A stretch of DNA of 43,592 nucleotides, taken from the NCBI RefSeq assembly GCF_000143415.4, contig NW_003314273.1, positions 327,103-370,694 of the forward strand, given 5' to 3'. The position numbers were made by a program, and so were the translations under genes. This stretch comes from Selaginella moellendorffii. Its lineage: Eukaryota > Plantae > Lycopodiophyta. The notes below the pieces were generated by a model. That model did no database searches. It was given only the letters and a program-made list of their open reading frames with translations, and had not been told where the DNA came from. Positions 24,829 through 37,147 of the stretch are shown one piece after another. The stretch's first letter is position 1, and each line of letters starts with the position of its first letter.

Positions 24829-26581
24829 TTAAAACACCAGTACTTGCTTCGGTACGCTCCCTTCTTTCCCCAGTGCCTTTCTCAAGGCTCTCTCGAAGTC
24901 CTCAAAACCAATCTTTTCAGTGCTGCCAGGAAAGGAGAAAGAGAGCCTAGAAATTAGCAACAAGGAAGAAAGAAAGCTTACACGTATTTAAGCCTTCCTG
25001 CTTGGACGAGCTCGATCAAACTCGACGCCATCGCCACCATCTCCTCTCTCTTGTGTTCCTGGATCCATTTCTGGAGCCAAAATCCACGAAGCCGAATGTC
25101 CTGCATGACTCGAAACTTGGTTAGTTTTTGCGAGCACAAAAACTTTTCTTTCTTTTCTCCCGTACCTTGAAGATGAATGCTGTCGTCGATACCGTGACTG
25201 GTTTCTTCGACATTCCACCATACGTGACCATTGTACCGCTGGGCCTGGAATTGTTTTAGTATCGGTTAGAGCTGGAAAATCAGATTTTTTACGTACGCCA
25301 GGAGCTTTAAGACGGCACCGGCAGATGCTCCACCGATGCAGTTGAGTCCCAGCTTTGGAGTCCCGCGATTAGCCTGTTTCCTCGAACTGCTTAGAGAAAT
25401 GTCTTAAGAAAGTGATAGCATGCTTACCAAGATGTCCTTGAAGCCGGGAGAATCGAACTGGCTGTCTAACACGACCTCGGTGGCGCCCAGATTCATCAGC
25501 TTTTCTTTTGCTTCTTCGATTCCCGGTCTAAAACCAAAAGAAAAATAAAGAGAAGGAACACGCATGAAAGTACGCATTGTGTTATGAAGAGTGCTGAAGT
25601 TGCACGAACCTGTCACGAACGATATTTATTGTTTGTAGACCTTTCGCATGAGCAATCTGTATCACGCACTGCCCGACCATGCTCGTGGCTCCATTTTGCA
25701 CCACGACATCCCCTGGAGCGCATAAACCATTTAAACTACCAATACAATCAGTATTTTTAGTTTCAACAAAAAACACGATCGATCTTACCTGGTTCTAGAG
25801 CAGAGAAGTCCTCTAGCATTCTGAAAGCCGTGCACGGATTGACGGAGATGGTTGCCAGGTATTCGATCGGAACATCGTCCGGGACTTTACACCAGGAAGT
25901 TTCTTCCTTGAGTACGTGAGTGCTCCAAGTTCCTACAAGCGAGACGCACGAGTAAGGCTGTGGAAACACAAGAAAAAAGGTCTCTACCAACACCGGAGTA
26001 CGTTGGAATCACCCAGTCACCAACACGTAAATTTTCAACGTCCGATCCAACCAGCTCAACTTGTCCAACACCTTCTCCACCAGCAATTGCCGGTGGTGTA
26101 GGCCGCATTGGGTAAACTCCTGGAACAAAAAGCACAGGAAAAAAAAAGAAAATGAATCGAAGGCGGGAAAAAGCAAGGAGCTGGAAACATGAAAAATCGA
26201 TAAACCTGGGAATGAAATCGAAAGAGAAGCGATAGATGAGACGCTCTTGTCAAGAGAAGAAAAAATTCCTCTAAGCTTACTCGCCAGAAATTCCATACCT
26301 TCGATTCTATTGATGTCCGATGGATTGATTGGCGCCGCAAGCATCTTCACACACACCTCCCGGCGATCGAGAGCACGCCCTGGAACATCCACAATCCTGG
26401 CGCCATAGCGAACAAAAATATTGCTCATCAAACAAGCCGATCGAATCAATGCCTACTTGAGAACTTCATCGGGAGATCCATGGCACTCGTACACGGCAGC
26501 TCTTGCTGGCGGCGAGAAAGGAGCCGAGGAGAAGCCGCGAATGCGAAGAATCCTTGCCACATTCTTCCCGCGCCACACCAT
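24829..26581 (-). CDS. MECR: Mitochondrial trans-2-enoyl-ACP/CoA reductase (MECR/Etr1, MDR family), multi-exon
   Basis: Arg-rich presequence [35 protein letters not shown]|[38 protein letters not shown]-terminus KQVLVF*. Confidence 0.93.
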
Positions 26582-26783
26582 AGCTACTAAAACCCTAAGA
26601 GAAAGGGTTTAAACAAGTTGAAGCAAGCAAATGATAGATTTTAGATGGTTTCTCAATACAAGAACTTATGCAAATAATTTTCTTTTCTTTTCCCGCAATG
26701 TGTGTAGTGGTGAGGAGTGGAACTCTTTGCTCTTGTTGTCAGCACATATCAATCATCAGTGTCGCCGAGACTCCATCGAAAGA

Positions 26784-28341
26784 TCACTTGGACGCCGCTG
26801 GCGAAGATCTGGAGCTCACTTTGGACGGGCCATTCGCCAAGATCTTCGCTCCCTCGGGAGAGTTGATATCCGACCAAGCATCGATCCATTGCACCATGGC
26901 ATCCGCGAGCTTGGCGAAGTAAGGATCCACGCCGTTAAGCTTGTCCTTGACTTGCTTGGCGAGCTCGATGTAGCAGTGCTCCACAGTGGTGCACTCCTTT
27001 GGGAGGCTCACCTTCTGAAAGAAGGGGATGATCTCCTCCTGCCAGAAGATCCCCTTGTACTCCTTCTTGAGGTTGACGAAGGGATTGCTCGCCTTGCTGT
27101 GCCAAATGTAAGGCAGGCCGGTCTTGACACCATAGCCAAGATGATCACAGATCACCTGTGTAAAAAGCAGAAAAATGCGGTAAAGCTCTTCGATCTGCCT
27201 AGCTCAAGGAAAAAAAGAGATTTTTTGCATACCTTGGCACACCATCCGGCCCACATATCGTCGTAGCGACCAATTGGCTGGCCGTCACCCATGAGACCGA
27301 AGTACATAGCCGGCCCAATGAGCTCCCGGTTGAATCCCAGATTCATCCCACACATTGGAAACAAAGTTCCCTTGGGAATCGTCATCACAGCGTCCACGTA
27401 TCTGTAAAGCAGATCTTACATCAGTGACAACGATACGGAAAGGAAAGAACAGATCGCGATCAGAAAAAAAGCTACCTTGTGTTCCTTTCAGCTGGCTTTA
27501 CTAGCTGCGTAGGAGCATCGTAATCCGGAATGTTGAGCCAGAGGCCGTGGGAGATGGCCGTCGTCACCCCCTCGCGAAGGCTGAAAGGATAGCCGCGGAC
27601 GAAATCGGTGCCTTCGCGGTATGGATCATACAGCGTGTTGAAGAAGTACGGCGTCGAAGGGCTCAACAAATTCTTGATGTGCTGCTCCAGAGCGTTGATA
27701 TCCTTGCCGGAAGGATCCTTGGCAACCTGGGAAACATCAGATCTCACCGAGTTAGCTCCAAAAAGAGATTCTGTCTACCAGCAAGGCACCAACAAACCAA
27801 AAAACTCGACTGTGCACCTAACCCAGCTGCAAGGAAAAATGCAGGAAGCCCGGATCTAGACAGCCACCAAACAGATCTAAGACTAAAGAGCTCAAGTGAC
27901 CCCATCGACAGATCTATGGCACAGCCACCGAGATCTGAAAACTAATCCAATTCTCATCAGCAGCATTGCCGAGGAGTCGTAAGATCTCAAAAACCAAGAA
28001 GGATAAAACGACCAAAACTGGAAGAGTGAAGAGATCCAACTTACAAAACAATCGTCATCAATGGTGTAGATGTACTTCTTCTTGGAAACCATGAAGCCAA
28101 AGCAGCGGCAGGCGCTATCCTTGAAGGAGATGCACGAAGCCTTGGCGCCCAGGACGCGATTGATGTCATTGCGGTTGTAGAGCTCGTAATCGAAGCCCTC
28201 GGGCACCTTGATCGTCTTGCTGGGATCCCCGTCCTGGACGATGATCAGATGGTAGGGCTGGAAGAAGGGCCGCCACATCTCCAGGAAATCCAGGTTTCGG
28301 ATCGTGGGGATGACGATGTCGAGCTCATCCTTGAGCGCCAT
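26784..28341 (-). CDS. RGP: Reversibly glycosylated polypeptide / UDP-arabinopyranose mutase, 4 exons
   Basis: [32 protein letters not shown] (DxD), [30 protein letters not shown]. Confidence 0.97.
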
Positions 28342-28888
28342 GGCCGCCTCTGCCGCTGCCGCTGCCGCCGCCTGCTCAATCGATCGATCAGGCGCGAGAA
28401 GTCGCCGCCAAGAGAGCGCAGATCTGGGAGGGAGAGGAATAAATGACCTAGGTAGCAGTGGGGACGAATTCGGCTGCTCCCTCCTCAGATTCTATTTACT
28501 CGGCTAAAAATGTTGACCGGCATATTCCAAGAGCATCCGATCGGGGGATATTCTCGCCGTATGCCAGTCACGGGTAGAAGGAAGGAGTTGCGAGGAGCGA
28601 TCGTGTTGTGCCAGTTCAATGCTGGAAGCGTGTGTTGTTGTTTAGCTACTTATTTTAGGGTTCTTGGACAGCGAGACAGGCGAAATTTTCTTCTTCGGTC
28701 GTTTGATCCGGACAGGGGAATGGGGCCACCACAGGAAGCGCGTTGCGGCACGCCAGCGTGCGAGCAAAGGCGGACGTCCTCATCGCGCGGTTCCGCGATT
28801 GGTCGATCGGTCGATTCTTGATTTTGATTGTGCTCTGTCTCCCTAGGGCTTATGGCGGCTTGTTAGGGCTCGTCGGCTCTCTCTCGCA

Positions 28889-30341
28889 ATGGCGGCAGCT
28901 CCAGCGCTGCTCGTCTTCCTCCTCGTCTTTGCCGGATCGCTCTCGACCGCGCGAGCGATTTACTGCGGCGACGATGATTGCTACGATCTCCTCGGGTAAG
29001 CATAATGTAGTAGGATCAGATCCATCCATAGTGGTTTTTCTTTCTTCTTTCGTTTGTTACAACGAAATTCTTTTCTTTCAGTGTAACACAGGCTGCTACT
29101 GGAGCCGAGATCAAGAAGGCTTACTACAAGCTCTCACTCAAATAGTAGGTGTGCTTCTCCGGTTTTTTCTTTTCAGCAGAGTTTCGTCTAACGCCACGCA
29201 TTCCCGCAGTCATCCTGATAAGAATCCAGATCCAGATGCAAAGAAGCTCTTTGTGAAGATTGCCACTGCGTATGAGGTATGCCATGGTCGTGTTTCTGTT
29301 GTTTTCTCAAGCTGCGAACTTTTCTTTCAGATACTCAAAGACGATGTCAAACGAGAGCAATACGATTACGCTATCGCGCATCCTGAACAGGTGAATCTCT
29401 TACGTTTTTCTCTTGAACTTCCATGAACGAACTGCTGCCATTTACTGTGACAGTTTTTCTACAACACTGCTCGCTACTATCAAGCATACTATGGACCTCA
29501 AGCGGTAAGGCAATCTAATCACTTTCTTTTGTCAAATTGTGTCAACGGAAACACTTTTGTCAGGACCTGAGAATCGTCTTCGCCGGCCTACTTGTGATTT
29601 TGTCGGTCTTCCAGTATGGAAACCAGTGGACTAGGTACAAACAGGTATCTAAAAACTCGATTCTTTTGTTTCTTTCTCTTAGTGGGGGCTGTGCGGAGTA
29701 GATGATGGAACTTGTGAAGCAAACTCCAGCCTACAAAAACCGGTTGAAAGCATTGGAGCTGGAAAGAGGTGGCAGCACGAACAATAAGAAGAAAAGCAGC
29801 AAAACAAAGAGGTAACACATGCAGACACTTACGATATGCGTGGGCAAACTTGCGTTGTTTTTCTTTCCAGGGAGGATGCATCGAAGGAGATCAGTGAATC
29901 CCTGGAGCTGCACGTTGAAGGCATCGAGAGGCCATCTGTCTGGACATTGATTGCCGTTCGCTTCCTTCTGCTTCCTTACGCCTGTGGAAAGGTTTTTCTC
30001 CTCTTTTTTTCTGATTTGTTCTCTGACGAAACAAGCTGTTCGTTTGCAGTTGGCACTGTGGCAACTGCGATGGCTGTGGAGATATCAAGCGAAAAAGCTG
30101 GATCTTGCCTGGGACGACGCTGCATATCTCACCCGGCGCAGCCTTGGAATGCATTCAAAGGCCTGGAACAGCATGAGTAAGCCAGGCAAAACCGCCCTTT
30201 TATCATTTCTTTTGACCATTTCTCGCTGTATTTCCAGACGAACTCTCCAAGGAACAGCTCGTCTCGAAGCACTTGTGGATACGAGAAAACATGGAAGAAT
30301 TTAGAACCGAAACGAGGAGAGAGTCAAGGCGCAGGCGATGA
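28889..30341 (+). CDS. ER membrane DnaJ protein, ERdj7/DNAJC25-like, multi-exon
   Basis: Signal peptide + IYCGDDDCYDLLG, HPDKNPD J-domain, YDYAIAHPEQ|FFYNTARYYQ, TM segments, C-terminus RRESRRRR*. Confidence 0.9.
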
Positions 30342-30705
30342 CAAATCGCTTTTGTTTTCGTCGATAAGAGCGTTGTTTTGTTTTGTTTATCAAGATTCTT
30401 GACGTTGATCGACAAAAGATGCGAAAGAAGAGAGAGACCTTAAAACAATGTTATTAACAGCAGAGAAAAGCCACACAACTCCAATTAATAGATTTTAAAA
30501 GAAGTAAAGAAAAATAAAAATGTGCCTAGCAGAAGGGGGACGAGGAAGGGAGAAACCACCCTACGATGAATAAATACTCCACCACTTTTGGACGGGTAAA
30601 CCTGTGTGTAATGTGATGATGAGACGATGATCTTGTAGAAGCCGAGCACTGATCTTTCTCCTTTTCCCTGTCTTTCTTTGTTCGAATTCCTGTGTTCTTC
30701 GCCTT

Positions 30706-31335
30706 TCAGATCTTGTCGATCTTGTCCGCCTTCACCACCGGGTTCGCCTTTGCAATCGCGTCCCTCCCCACGGACTTGTAGTCGTATGTGCAATTGTGCT
30801 TGTCCGAGTAGCGATGGAGAGCGCAGTAGACGTTGCCGCAGCGGCAATTGAATCCCGTCAATCCCACCCTCTTGTTGCAAGCATTGCAGCGATTCGGCGG
30901 TCGCGAGCCGGATGCCTCCGGGGAAGCCACCAAGGCATCAGCCACGCCGTCACCGGACGAGGGATTCATCTCAGTCACAGCCTCTGGTAAAACGATCTGC
31001 TCGTCCAGTGCCACGCCTTGATCCATGCCAGTAGCGTTGGCGGTGGCGGTGGTGGCGGCGGCGATGGTGGCGGCGGTCGTGGCGGCGGCGGCTGTAGCGG
31101 CGGAAGAATTGTTGTTGGCGTTGGTGTTGTTGATAAGGAGCGGTAGCTGCTCTAGGGCGTTCTTGGCGGTGGACACCTTGGCCTGTGACAGAACCACGTC
31201 CCGGTAGCACTTGGAGCACAGATTCATCGTCGCCTTGCTGCCAAAGAAGCCGCAATTGTTGGCGCACAGAATCGGGCCCTCGGGTGGCTGGCACCCCGTC
31301 TCGTCCTGGTCACACTTCCAGCTCTCCTGTGCCAT
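30706..31335 (-). CDS. SAP: A20/AN1 zinc-finger stress-associated protein
   Basis: MAQESWK...LCANNCGFFGS...CSKC (A20) and RCNACNKRVGLTGFNCRCG...HRYSDKHNC...ANPVVKADKIDKI (AN1). The ORF-track extension to 31434 begins at a non-ATG codon. Confidence 0.97.
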   Translation of the reverse strand: MAQESWKCDQDETGCQPPEGPILCANNCGFFGSKATMNLCSKCYRDVVLSQAKVSTAKNALEQLPLLINNTNANNNSSAATAAAATTAATIAAATTATANATGMDQGVALDEQIVLPEAVTEMNPSSGDGVADALVASPEASGSRPPNRCNACNKRVGLTGFNCRCGNVYCALHRYSDKHNCTYDYKSVGRDAIAKANPVVKADKIDKI

Positions 31336-31356
31336 TGATCCCACAGGGAAGGAAGC

Positions 31357-31395
31357 GCTGCTGCTGCTGCTACCACTGCTACTGCTGCTGCTGCT
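31357..31395. repeat. Imperfect (CTG/CAG)n microsatellite in the SAP 5' UTR
   Basis: gctgctgctgctgctaccactgctactgctgctgctgctg. Confidence 0.85.
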
Positions 31396-32095
31396 GTTCC
31401 ATCCCTCGATCCAGTTGAAGCTACCACCAATCAATTCTCCTCTCGACGTCTCACTCCCAATTCACGAGGTCGAATGCGTGGGACATCGCTGCGGCGAAAG
31501 CGTGGGTTAGTTCCAAGGAACCTTTGAGCTCCACACAGCAAGGAAAAAGAGGAAAAAACAACAAAGAACAAAAAAAAACCTAAGCACCACAAACAGTTAC
31601 CAAAAAAATGCAAGACAAAGCGGTGCAATCCACCTCGCAATTCACAAATCTCTGGGACTGGAGCGGCGAGTACCTGGCGCGGATCTCTCGGGCGGCGCCG
31701 AGGCGGAATGGATCGCTGGCGCGCCGCTGGTGAGGGCGCGACTGGAAGAATCCTCTGGCGCCAGAGCAATCTCCAAACCCTAGGGCGCGGGCGCGCGCGC
31801 TGGCGACGACGACGAGGAAACCCTTGCCCTTGCCCTGGCTATGGCGAATGGAGACGCAAACAAGTAGCCAAGCATATATGAAAGAAAGCAGTCTTTTTAG
31901 AGGGGAGGGGCATTCTTTCAATACGTGGCATGGGCGGCCATGCTGACTCAGCATGCTCGATCGGAGGGGCGCCGATTCCTGACCGTTGGATCGTCCGGGA
32001 TATTCCGCTTGGCTATGCCGTCAGTTATCCTGACGGAATGTTCGTCTCCCTATTTAGGGCTTTTGGTTGTGGCTAGGGTTCTTCCAAGCTAGGTC

Positions 32096-33650
32096 ATGGC
32101 GGCGGTGCGGCGGGGCGGGAACGAAGATGGCGACCAGCACGTCGTCTTCGAGACGAGTGCCGGCGTCGAGGCGATCACGCAGTTTGAGAAGATGGGGATC
32201 AACGAGAGCCTTCTCAGAGGTGTGTTTGAGTATGGATTTGAGCGACCGTCGGCGATTCAGCAGAGGGCGCTCATTCCGATCATGAGGGGCCGGGATGTCA
32301 TAGCTCAAGCGCAATCCGGCACAGGCAAGACATCCATGATCGGCATTGCGGTGAATCAGCTCATTGACACTAGCGTGAGAGAGTAAGCTCTTTTTTCGCT
32401 TTTCTTGCGGGCAAGAGCTAAAAAATCCGATTTTTTCAGGGTCCAAGCGCTAGTTCTCTCGCCGACACGCGAGCTTGCCGACCAGACTGCCAAGGTCGTT
32501 CTAACACTGGGCAGCCACATGAACGTTCAAGCTCATACGTGTATCGGCGGTAAGAGCTTTAGCGAAGACATTAGAAAGCTCGAGCACGGAGTTCATGTCG
32601 TGTCTGGAACCCCGGGTCGTGTCTACGACATGCTCAAGCGCCGGACTTTCAGGACGAGACACGTCAAGATTTTAGTTCTGGTGCGTAAGTTTCTCTTTTC
32701 TTATTTATGGGTCTCATGCTTTTTGTGCTGCTTTCCAGGACGAATCAGATGAAATGCTCAGCAGGGGATTCAAAGAGCAAATCATCGATTGCTATCGCTA
32801 CTTACCTCCGGATCTACAAGTTTGTATTTTTTCCTTTTTCGTCCATTTAGTTCGCGTGCTAATCGCTTTTTCCTGCGCACAGGTGGTCCTTGTTTCCGCT
32901 ACTCTACCGCATGAGATTCTTGAGATGACCAACAAGTTCATGACTGATCCTGTTCGCATCCTTGTCAAACGTGATGAGTTGACGCTAGAGGTGAGCCCGA
33001 TTGCGAAAGTCGAGATATTTATTCATGACATCTTGCGCAGGGAATCAAGCAGTTCTTCGTGGCTGTCGAGAAGGAGGAGTGGAAGTTTGACACGCTGTGC
33101 GACCTCTACGACACACTCACCATTACCCAGGCCGTGATCTTTTGCAACACGAAAAGGAAGGTGGAGTGGCTGTCGGAGAAGATGCGGAGCAGCAACTTTA
33201 CCGTGTCGTCGATGCACGGAGAGATGCCGCAGAAAGAAAGGGATACCATCATGAAGGAGTTTCGCGAGGGACAAACGCGGGTGCTCATCACAACCGATGT
33301 CTGGGCTCGGGGTCTGGATGTACAACAGGTATGCGTGTGTTCTTCGAGTCTTTCTTTCGTTTCCTCTATGGGATTTAACTTCTTTTCGTTTCCCAGGTCT
33401 CTCTGGTGATCAACTACGATCTTCCAAACAGCCGAGAGTTGTACATTCACAGGATTGGACGCTCTGGACGGTTCGGCAGAAAGGTAGTTTTACACAGGCC
33501 AAAGATTAGAGATCATTGCTCACACCATTGTTGCAGGGAGTAGCGATCAATTTCGTGAAGAACGATGACATTCGAATCCTCCGAGATATCGAGCAATACT
33601 ACAGCACACAAGTCGATGAAATGCCAATGAATGTGGCCGACTTGATATGA
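32096..33650 (+). CDS. EIF4A3: DEAD-box helicase eIF4A-III (exon junction complex core), multi-exon
   Basis: [33 protein letters not shown] (DEAD variant as in plant eIF4AIII), [33 protein letters not shown]. Confidence 0.96.
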
Positions 33651-33797
33651 GCGAGGCGAAAGAAGCTTACACTACTTTAACAAACTGGGCTTCCTCTCTT
33701 TTGTAATTTTACTGTGAAGAATTTTGTACTAGTTAGAGCTAAAGAAAATTTTTGAAAGGCTTTGTGTGTGGCCGTTAAGGCGCTAGGGTTTGTGGGA

Positions 33798-35784
33798 ATG
33801 GCGACCTCGCCCGCGCTATCCAGGGGCCGCAAGACGCCATCGCCGACGCACGACAACGAACCGCCCCTCGGCGACATCATCGTGCTCAAGGAGCCCGTCT
33901 ATCGGCTGCAATGCGTGGAGGAGGAGGCGGCGCACGCCACGGAGATGGGGGATTACGACAAGGCTCTCTATCTTCGAATGCAGGTGAGAATCCTCCTTGC
34001 GGCGCCCGGGAGGGGTGTAACCTCGCGGTTCCAGGGCGTGGCGCTCGCGAAATTGTGCTTGGGGGATCCGACGACGGTGCTGGTGGAGTCGGAGGATTTG
34101 CTGGCCAAGGCGCACCTTAATCTGAGCAGCACTTACCTTGAGATGGTACCTTTCATCTGAAAATTCATAAGAACAAATAATCCACTCCATGCGATCTTTG
34201 TAAGTGGATTGCTTCTTGGAGAACTGGAATTCTATCGCTGATGCTTGCGTTTTCGTGTGAAGCCAGACGTATTCAGATCAAGCTTGCTGGCATGCACAGA
34301 AGGTAACGATCGTGGCATGTTTCACATGTTCACATGTTTTTTTCTTCTGTTTTCCAGGCAATGGAGCTTTGTGATCCCAGAAGAGGTGGCGAATCATCTA
34401 GCAATCTGCTCGTTCTAGCTCTTCTCGGGCTTGCCAAAGGACTCTTACAAAGTATGTATGGTGCTACTCATAACATTTCGGAAATGTGATGCTTGCAGTG
34501 CAGAAGGAGATCTCAATTGCATCAACTATCTTCAAAGGGCGCTCGTTGTCAACCAAGATCTTCATGGAGAGGAGGTCTCAAAAGCCACGCTTCTTATGTT
34601 TAAGTTTCTGCAACTCTCTGCATTTTACAGGATGTTTCAAATGCCGCGATTCATGAAGCTTACGGTGACTACTACATTTACCAAGGAGACAGTAGAGATG
34701 GAGGTCCCGCCAGGAAGTCGCCCCAACCGCGGGATGAATCCGGCGTGGTCATGAGCGTCATCGATTACGAGCGCAATGAGTTCGAGAAGGCCATCGAGGA
34801 GTATCACAAGGTGGCTATCAAGCTCATCTCCGGGTTCTCATTAATTAAGGCCTTTCCAACTTGTGTTTTGGCTAGAGGCAAGGGAGCTCGTCCAAAACGA
34901 TACTGATGGTCCTCCAGTTCCTGCCGAAGAGCAACCTCCAAAGCTTTCTCTGGCGTCAATCTTCACCAAGATAGCCAGGGTAACGAGCCCTTCAAAGTCT
35001 CTGTGCGCATCCTGGTGTGTATTCAGGTGCCACTGGCATGTGACAGACACGCGTGAAACAGACGAGGCACGAGGATGCCGTCGAGTGCTACCAGAAAGCT
35101 CTTGCAATCTACACTTCTTGCGCATTTCCGAACGAGCCAGCAATCGCACAACTTAACTACGAGCTTGGCTTCACGTATCACAAAGTCAAGGTAAGCACGG
35201 CAGATTGATTCTCAATTTTTCTTCCTCGATTGTGCAGAAGTACGAAGAAGCCTTGAAAGTCCTCGAAAAGGCTGCACAGTTTTGCGAGCAACAGCACGAC
35301 ACGGGCGGAGAGCACCCGCTAACCTTGCAAGTTATGAAGCAGCAAGGGATCACCCTCTACGACATGGGCGATTTGCAGCCAGCGCTCCAGACGTTTGAGG
35401 AGCTTGTGCAAATGCAGCGGACGCAGCACGGCGGTGGCAGCGTCATCGTTGCCGAGGTATCCATTTTTTCTCCAGGGGATGATGATACTCTTGTTTACTT
35501 CTTGACACTCACTGCTCTATGCTTGGCAGACGCTCAAGTACTTGGGAGACGTAAGCATCGCCATGAAGAGCACGGGAGAAGCGTGCAGCTACTACAACCG
35601 CGCGCTGAAGATCCTGCGCAAGAGGCTGGGATCGCACGACGAGACGGTGAGGCAACTGGTGAGCTACATCAAGCAACTCAACCTCGAGTCTGGAGGTGGC
35701 GGCGGCGGTGGAGGAGGAGGAACGCAGAGGCTGCAAGAGGCGTACAGGCCAGCCGGGCCTGCGATTCCAGAGGGACCCGAATAA
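33798..35784 (+). CDS. TPR-repeat protein, TTC23-like N-terminus, multi-exon
   Basis: Spliced translation ...DYDKALYLRMQ|GVALAKLCLGD...AKAHLNLSSTYLEM|TYSDQACWHAQK|AMEL... Later kinesin-light-chain-like TPRs (YEEALKVLEKA, HPLTLQVM, YYNRALKILRKRLG). Confidence 0.8.
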
Positions 35785-35939
35785 AAAAAAAAAACGACTC
35801 TAGTATATTCTACAGCAAAACCTATAGATTAGGGCTCTTGCTACTGGAGTATATTCTGCGAATATTTACTGGTATTAATTTCATGATTTAATTTAATTTT
35901 AAACGAATAGTGCCAGCGAAGAACCCTAGTTCTTCTGCG

Positions 35940-36901
35940 ATGGGAGCATTTCCCGCTTGGAGCGCTTGCCGGCGGAGATTCTCGCCCGATGACGCCTTCT
36001 TCAATGCAGGGAATGTGGAGCGGGAGCTTCAGGCGAAGCAGGTGATCTCGAAATCTCTTGCCCTTGCTCGATCGCTGGCCCCGTTTCGTCCGCGCTTCTT
36101 GCTTCCCTAGGTCTCGCTCAATATTTCCGAGGAGGAGAGAGCATACATTGGTCGGATCGAGGACGAAGACTGCTGGTATGTATGGTGTGATCGAATTTGT
36201 GGCAGCATTTGATTCTTTCTTCTTCTCGTTGCTCGATCCATCCGTCCAGGCTCGTGAATTGCTCCATCGCTGGCTGTGGCGCTCCGCTGCGAGGCGTGGA
36301 AGAGCTCGAAAACCACCACCTCATTCGCCACACGGCGGTGTGCTCGGTTTGCTCCTCGTGCTTCCCAACAAAGCGGCTCCTCAGTCTACACATTTCCGAA
36401 ACTCATGACTCTTTCTTCAAAGCCAAAGTGGCTCGAAATCATCCCATGGTAAGCTCAAGCTCGATCAAACTTTTAGTTCCTTCTTTCACGCAAGTTCTTA
36501 TAAGCTTTCGATTCTCTTCTTCTTTCAGTTCTAATGCATTGTTTTTTTCCTTTCCCCAGTACGAGTGCCTTGTGGAAGGATGCCCCGGCGTGTTCTTCTC
36601 GGACAAATCCCGGAAGCAGCACCTGGTAGACAAGCACAAGTTCCCGTCCAGCTTCCACTTCCACAAGAGCACCAAGAATCATCCATCGCAGAAGCAGCGG
36701 CAGCGTTTCAAGGCCAAGAGCTACATGGACTCGGCTCCAAAGCCTGAGGAAGCGGCCATGAGTGTGGATGTGGACGAGCTCTCCAGCGCCATCTCCAAGC
36801 TCACCACTGCTGCCGAGAGCGATCACGTCCCCCAAAGCATCAGCTTTGGACGAAAGCGCGGCGGTCTCGTCACTCGTCACTCTCGCCATCCTAGAAACTA
36901 G
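35940..36901 (+). CDS. ZNF511-like C2H2 zinc-finger protein, multi-exon
   Basis: RRFSPDDAFFNAGNVERELQAKQ, CSIAGC...HHLIRH, CSVC...HISETHDSFF, YECLVEGC...RKQHLVDKHKFP, C-terminal PQSISFGR. Confidence 0.88.
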
Positions 36902-37025
36902 TGCAAGATCATGGATCATTTCGATGATACGAATTTTTCCTCCATTCTCGAAAGGTACGGTTGTATATTTCTTTTGATAAGATAGACGAAGTATCAAAAA
37001 TTCCAATACCAGGTGTAAGCAAGCG

Positions 37026-37099
37026 TGTCTGAGCCCAGGGTCGAACTGGGGACCTCTAGTGTGTAAGACTAGCATGATAACCAACTACACCACCCAGAC
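37026..37099 (-). tRNA. trnV-UAC: tRNA-Val (anticodon TAC)
   Basis: GTCTGGGTGGTGTAGTTGGTTATCATGCTAGTCTTACACACTAGAGGTCCCCAGTTCGACCCTGGGCTCAGACA folds to a cloverleaf. T5 terminator at ~36996-37000. Confidence 0.93.
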
Positions 37100-37147
37100 T
37101 TAATTAGCGGTATTTACATGAATATACTAATTATTTTAATAATCACG

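Noticed and set aside
35457-35529. U12-type intron in the TPR gene (GTATCCAT donor, TTCTTGAC)
   Set aside because: Donor deviates from RTATCCTT and the branch-like motif is imperfect and distant; more likely U2.
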